Below, piece after piece: positions 59,913 to 64,000 of a stretch of DNA of 64,000 bases. Location: NCBI GenBank assembly GCA_964270895.1, contig OZ185437.1; one strand, 5' to 3'. Within the stretch, counting starts at the first letter, position 1; the number at the start of each line of letters is the position of its first letter. Below the pieces are notes generated by a model that did not search any database, was not told the origin of the DNA, and was given only the letters and a program-made list of their open reading frames with translations. The stretch is from Podarcis filfolensis. Lineage: Eukaryota. The position numbers and the translations under genes are program-made.

Positions 59913-62900
59913 AGAGTGTTCACTGTCAGGGCTCATCCAAACTTCTGCTTGTCTTATGCCTAAGGCAGTCTGAGCAATTTCCACCTTGTCCTGCTCTTTT
60001 CCCAAGGAAAACCTACTCTTTAGTCCAAAATGGAGCAAATGTCAATCCAATGTGCTGTTTGCTCCAATTCAGTGCTAAAGAGCAGGTTTTCCCTGGGGTT
60101 GCGGAAAGCAGTGGGACAAGAGGAAGCATAGATAAGCCCCCCAGTATCCTTCATTTACTGGAAATGTGTAAAAAAATACCATTTTTTTCTGAAAAGCTGC
60201 ATTTTCTTTCCTATTCTTCTCATTGATTAACAGTGAGCATTTGCACAGGAAAAATCCCTACAGTCACAAGACTGATCACTCACCCTCGGTTTAAAAAAGT
60301 ACAGCTGGAGCCTTAAAGTTTTGCTATATCCTAGTGTGCCATAGCCACTTTAAAATAGATTTAAATCCAGTTCTTCTACAAAGGAACCAAAACATCAAAC
60401 CCAAACTCCATGAAATTGCTGCAGCCTTTTTTTTTTTTAAAAAAATATCTGCTAAAAATAACTAATGGATGATGACTTAACCAGTATAAAAAATTAGATC
60501 TTGTAAAATGTCTGGAAGAAGCTTAGGCCCAGACTTTGTTGGATACACATGAGAAGAGAGTTCTCCAACACATATGTAAATCCTCTGATAGATTATTTTT
60601 GTGATATATTTTCTACACAAATAGTTCCAGCTGATCCAGCAAGCAACCTATATAAGGAATAATGCTGCGACTCAGGAGTGGAGGTTCTCAAACTTTCTAC
60701 CCCAAGGGCTCACTTGAAATGGCTGAAAATTTACTGAGACTCAACAGTCAGAACAGTCACAAAATGGTGGCAGAGCCTGGGATAAGCAATTGCTGACATC
60801 ATTTACTATTGATATCTAATCCATCTTTGGAAATTGGCAAATTCTTTGCCATAGCATTTTTATGGTGGCAAGGAGTTCCACAGCTCTGCTTCCTGGAGCT
60901 AAGTCCAAACATTTGCTCTGATTCAGCCTCTCCATTTTAGGCAGAATTTGCTGATTTGGAAGCTCTAAAGGGAGAAGATTTTTTTTTTTGTATAGTTTCC
61001 CTTCCCACCTTTACATCCTATCAAAGTATTTTTCTTTTCTTTTACCCATCTCCTGTAATTTCTTCTTTTCTCCTTTCACATTCTGCTTGTGCCATATTAC
61101 CCCCCACAAACTGCTGTTTTGTTTTATCCCTTCTACTTGTTCCGTTCACACTCACTTCTTGCGTATATAACAGCTTTCTTACCCTTTCCTTTCTATTTCC
61201 GCTGTATTTATTTATTTGTTCATAAATATTAATTTTGCCTCACTTTCTAATTTCCTTCAGCAACTCATTTGGCACTTTTCCCTGAGAGGAGAAAGACCTT
61301 CCCTCTCCCCTGAACTCCTCTGTCTCCTGGACACTTTTCCTCAGCATGTAAGGAGTTACTGCTGTCAGTGCTGGTCCAACCAAACGACACTGGCATGGCT
61401 AAGGGGGCAAGGCAGACCAGTGGGGAGGCAGTGGGCTGTCTGTGGCACTGAGTGCCGCCTAAAAGTGGCCGTTGCTAGCCTTCTCCTGGCCAGGACACCT
61501 GGGTGGTTCTTGGCCCACTGCTTGAGAAACGCTGTTGGAGAGCAAAGCCCAGCAGCAAATGAGTAGCCTGAGGGGAACAAAGCAATCAGCTGACAAATAT
61601 TACTGCTTGGGGAAGGAATGGAATGAGGAAAGAGAGTGGAAGTTAATTTGATAGGAGGAAATAGCCATTTTACCAATGCAGTCTAGCATTGATCTCTTGA
61701 TAGGTCTCCTCTGACTTGCATCATAGTGCTCCATCCTGAGTCAGTTGTGGCCTGGATGAATCCTTGCTTGTTAAATGCACCTTAATATTTCCTGTTGTAC
61801 TAAATAATACAGCAGTGGGTATTCTGGGCTCCTACTCTCGTCGTTACTTATTATTTTACAGCCAGCCTGTATCTCATCTAAGATCAAAGGGCTAAGGCTA
61901 CGCTTGACATCATATAAATGCTAATAATCCGTATTGCGAAGAGTAGTAAGGGGAGCTTTGTCCCCTTCTGATGAATAGTTTCTTCAAGTAGTTATCTATC
62001 ATGGTTGTTCACACTGTAGCCTCTTTTGTAGAAGATGGATTAAAATTCTTCATAGTTTTATTGAGTGCTATCTATGGCAACTGGTGTCTAATGTATGTTG
62101 TTTAGCTGATCAAGTCTTCTTTTATCCCCTTTGCTTCATAGTTTGGCTCCTGATTTTTTAAATGAATTTTTAAATTCAGGGAGGAGGATGTTGGTGATGT
62201 GGCAATTACAGTGAGAACGTCCCATTTTGTTTTCTTGTGCTTATATGGCCTTTAACAAAATATTGGGGACAGAGAGTATGTGCACTTCAAAGCGAAAGGG
62301 GTGGAAATCAAACTCCATGCAAGTCCAGTCCTCATTTATCCAACTAAAGGGAAAAAAGGGCAGTGGCAGTGAATGTTGAGAGTGCAGTCATATGTGAAGG
62401 ACATCTGTATATTGGCTGAAGTCATGAGGAAGCCCAGGCATCCCTTCATCACAGCATGGTGATGGGTCCTGTCAGGATGGCTCAGGCATGTTAGAGCAAT
62501 CAAAACATGAGAGGCCCTAATTTGCTACAACCCTCCTACTTTCTGTACATACTGCAGTTTCTTTTCCTCAAAACATGTGCACTAAAAACTTTAAACCTCT
62601 TTTCTTTTGTCTGCTAACTAATAGCTCACCTGGATAGGATTGCCCCTGGCTCTGTGAATGTAGCAATTAAGTCTAACCCCTAAGACAGCAGCCTGCTGTG
62701 TTGCCTGGCAGCCTGCATTTATAGGAGCTGATAAAACAGAGAACAGCCCAGGATTGTCTTGCTTTTGAGCTTGCCATACAGATGTGAAGGACAGATGCTC
62801 ATCTGCTCTTGAGGTGACGAAACAACTCTGAGATGTAGGAATCAAATTTCTAGTTTTGCTGTGAGTGGTGAAAACTCGAATGGATGTTCAGCCTGTTCAG

Positions 62901-63902
62901 GGTTCTTTGTGTGGCTGTTCCTGTAGTTCCACTTTTTTTGTTTTAAAAAAAGGGTGAATGGTAATTCGTTACGGTCTTTTCTGTGTTGTCTGTTATTAAA
63001 AAAACCTGAACGGTGCATATTTTATCTGCACAGTGAAGGACTTCCAGAGCATTTAGATAACCAGATGTTCCAGCAAACAAAAGGAATCTCTACAGGGGCT
63101 ACATTTGAGAGCATGCATGCATATATAAGCCCCACTGATTTAATCATCAAACAGTTAATTGACATGGGGCATGCACTGAATTCAGAAAAGCTGAGTTCTC
63201 AGATAACTGAAATAGTTCCGTACTATGATGTATCACCCAGTTTGCACCCAGCACCTGAAAGTAAGTGGTGTACTTGCCACAATTTGCCCTGAGTTAGGTG
63301 TAATTAGCTCCATTGATTTCAATAACATCTTAATTAAGGATATCTGACCATGAACAGGTAACTCCCATCTTTTGATTATTACTCTTACCATCTTGACTAT
63401 GAGTCCTGGAAGTCCTGCTCCCTGCCTTGCAGGCCTTTCCCACCTGGCCTAGGATGGTGGGGCCTTCACTGACTTCAGCTACAAAAGCTGAGGCTGCTGA
63501 ACAGACTCTTGGTTTGGGGTCCTGCTTAGAGGTTTTGTTGGGTCTGTGTGTGGTTGTGGTTGCTTTTATTGATATTATTTTTTATATCTTTTAGCTCTTA
63601 CTACAATTTGTGTGGAAATTGCAGTTTGGTTGTGTCCTTCTTGATGTTTTATGTATTGTTTATGAGGACTTTTGTTATGTTTGTAATTATGGGCCACTCA
63701 TGTGACCCATGCAAGATTGTGGCCCCAGAAAAAGCACTTTTTTCAGGGTGAAATTGCGGGGCCCAAAACGAACATCATTCTCTCATGTGAAAAAAATGGG
63801 ATGTCGCAGTTTTCCCAGGACAGTTGAGAGCTATGCTCTTAGCCACCACAATTTAAAAGCTCACGCACTAAGATTTTTTGGGGGGGGGGGATTCTCTTTA
63901 TT

Positions 63903-64000
63903 CATGCTGGAGGAGACTCTTCAGAGTCCCATGGACTGCAAGAAGATCAAACCTAACCATTCTCAAGGAAATCAGCCCTGAGTGCTCACTGGAAGGACAG
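63903..64000 (+). mobile_element. Bov-B LINE fragment running off the window
   Basis: tgctggaggagactcttcagagtcccatggactgcaagaagatcaaacct matches the copy at 5141-5797. Confidence 0.85.

Noticed and set aside
1-64000. CRISPR arrays, rRNA genes, prokaryotic systems
   Set aside because: The sequence is vertebrate, with spliced genes and SINEs/LINEs. No regularly spaced repeat-spacer array or rRNA similarity was seen.

Overview
This is vertebrate genomic DNA from a squamate, most likely a lacertid lizard, judged from Sauria/Squam1, Squam2- and Squam3-type SINEs and Bov-B. It holds two + strand genes in the same order as human 1q44. The first is a complete 7-coding-exon EFCAB2 (DRC8, an EF-hand dynein regulatory complex subunit; 498-nt CDS, 165 aa; 6759-19704). 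The second is the first two coding exons of KIF26B (39792-41189), followed by its long intron 2 to the window end. The rest is intronic or intergenic and dense in transposons: SINEs, CR1, L2, RTE and Bov-B LINE fragments, hAT and Tc1/mariner MITEs, and solo LTRs. There is a 128-N gap at 59472-59599. Almost all ORFs in the supplied track are spurious or TE-derived. The most notable object is a young Penelope-like retroelement in EFCAB2 intron 3. It has an uninterrupted RT-thumb/GIY-YIG frame, about 415-bp inverted arms, a 12-bp TSD, and a minimal dimer-type hammerhead ribozyme in each arm, and it ends about 55-65 nt before the exon 4 acceptor. Other items are an RFX X-box overlapping an out-of-frame uATG at the EFCAB2 start, a four-element nested TE cluster, paired CTCF motifs upstream of KIF26B, and candidate KIF26B uORFs. 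I found no convincing wholly new biological system. The findings are unusual instances of known classes. All coordinates and alignments were done by eye.
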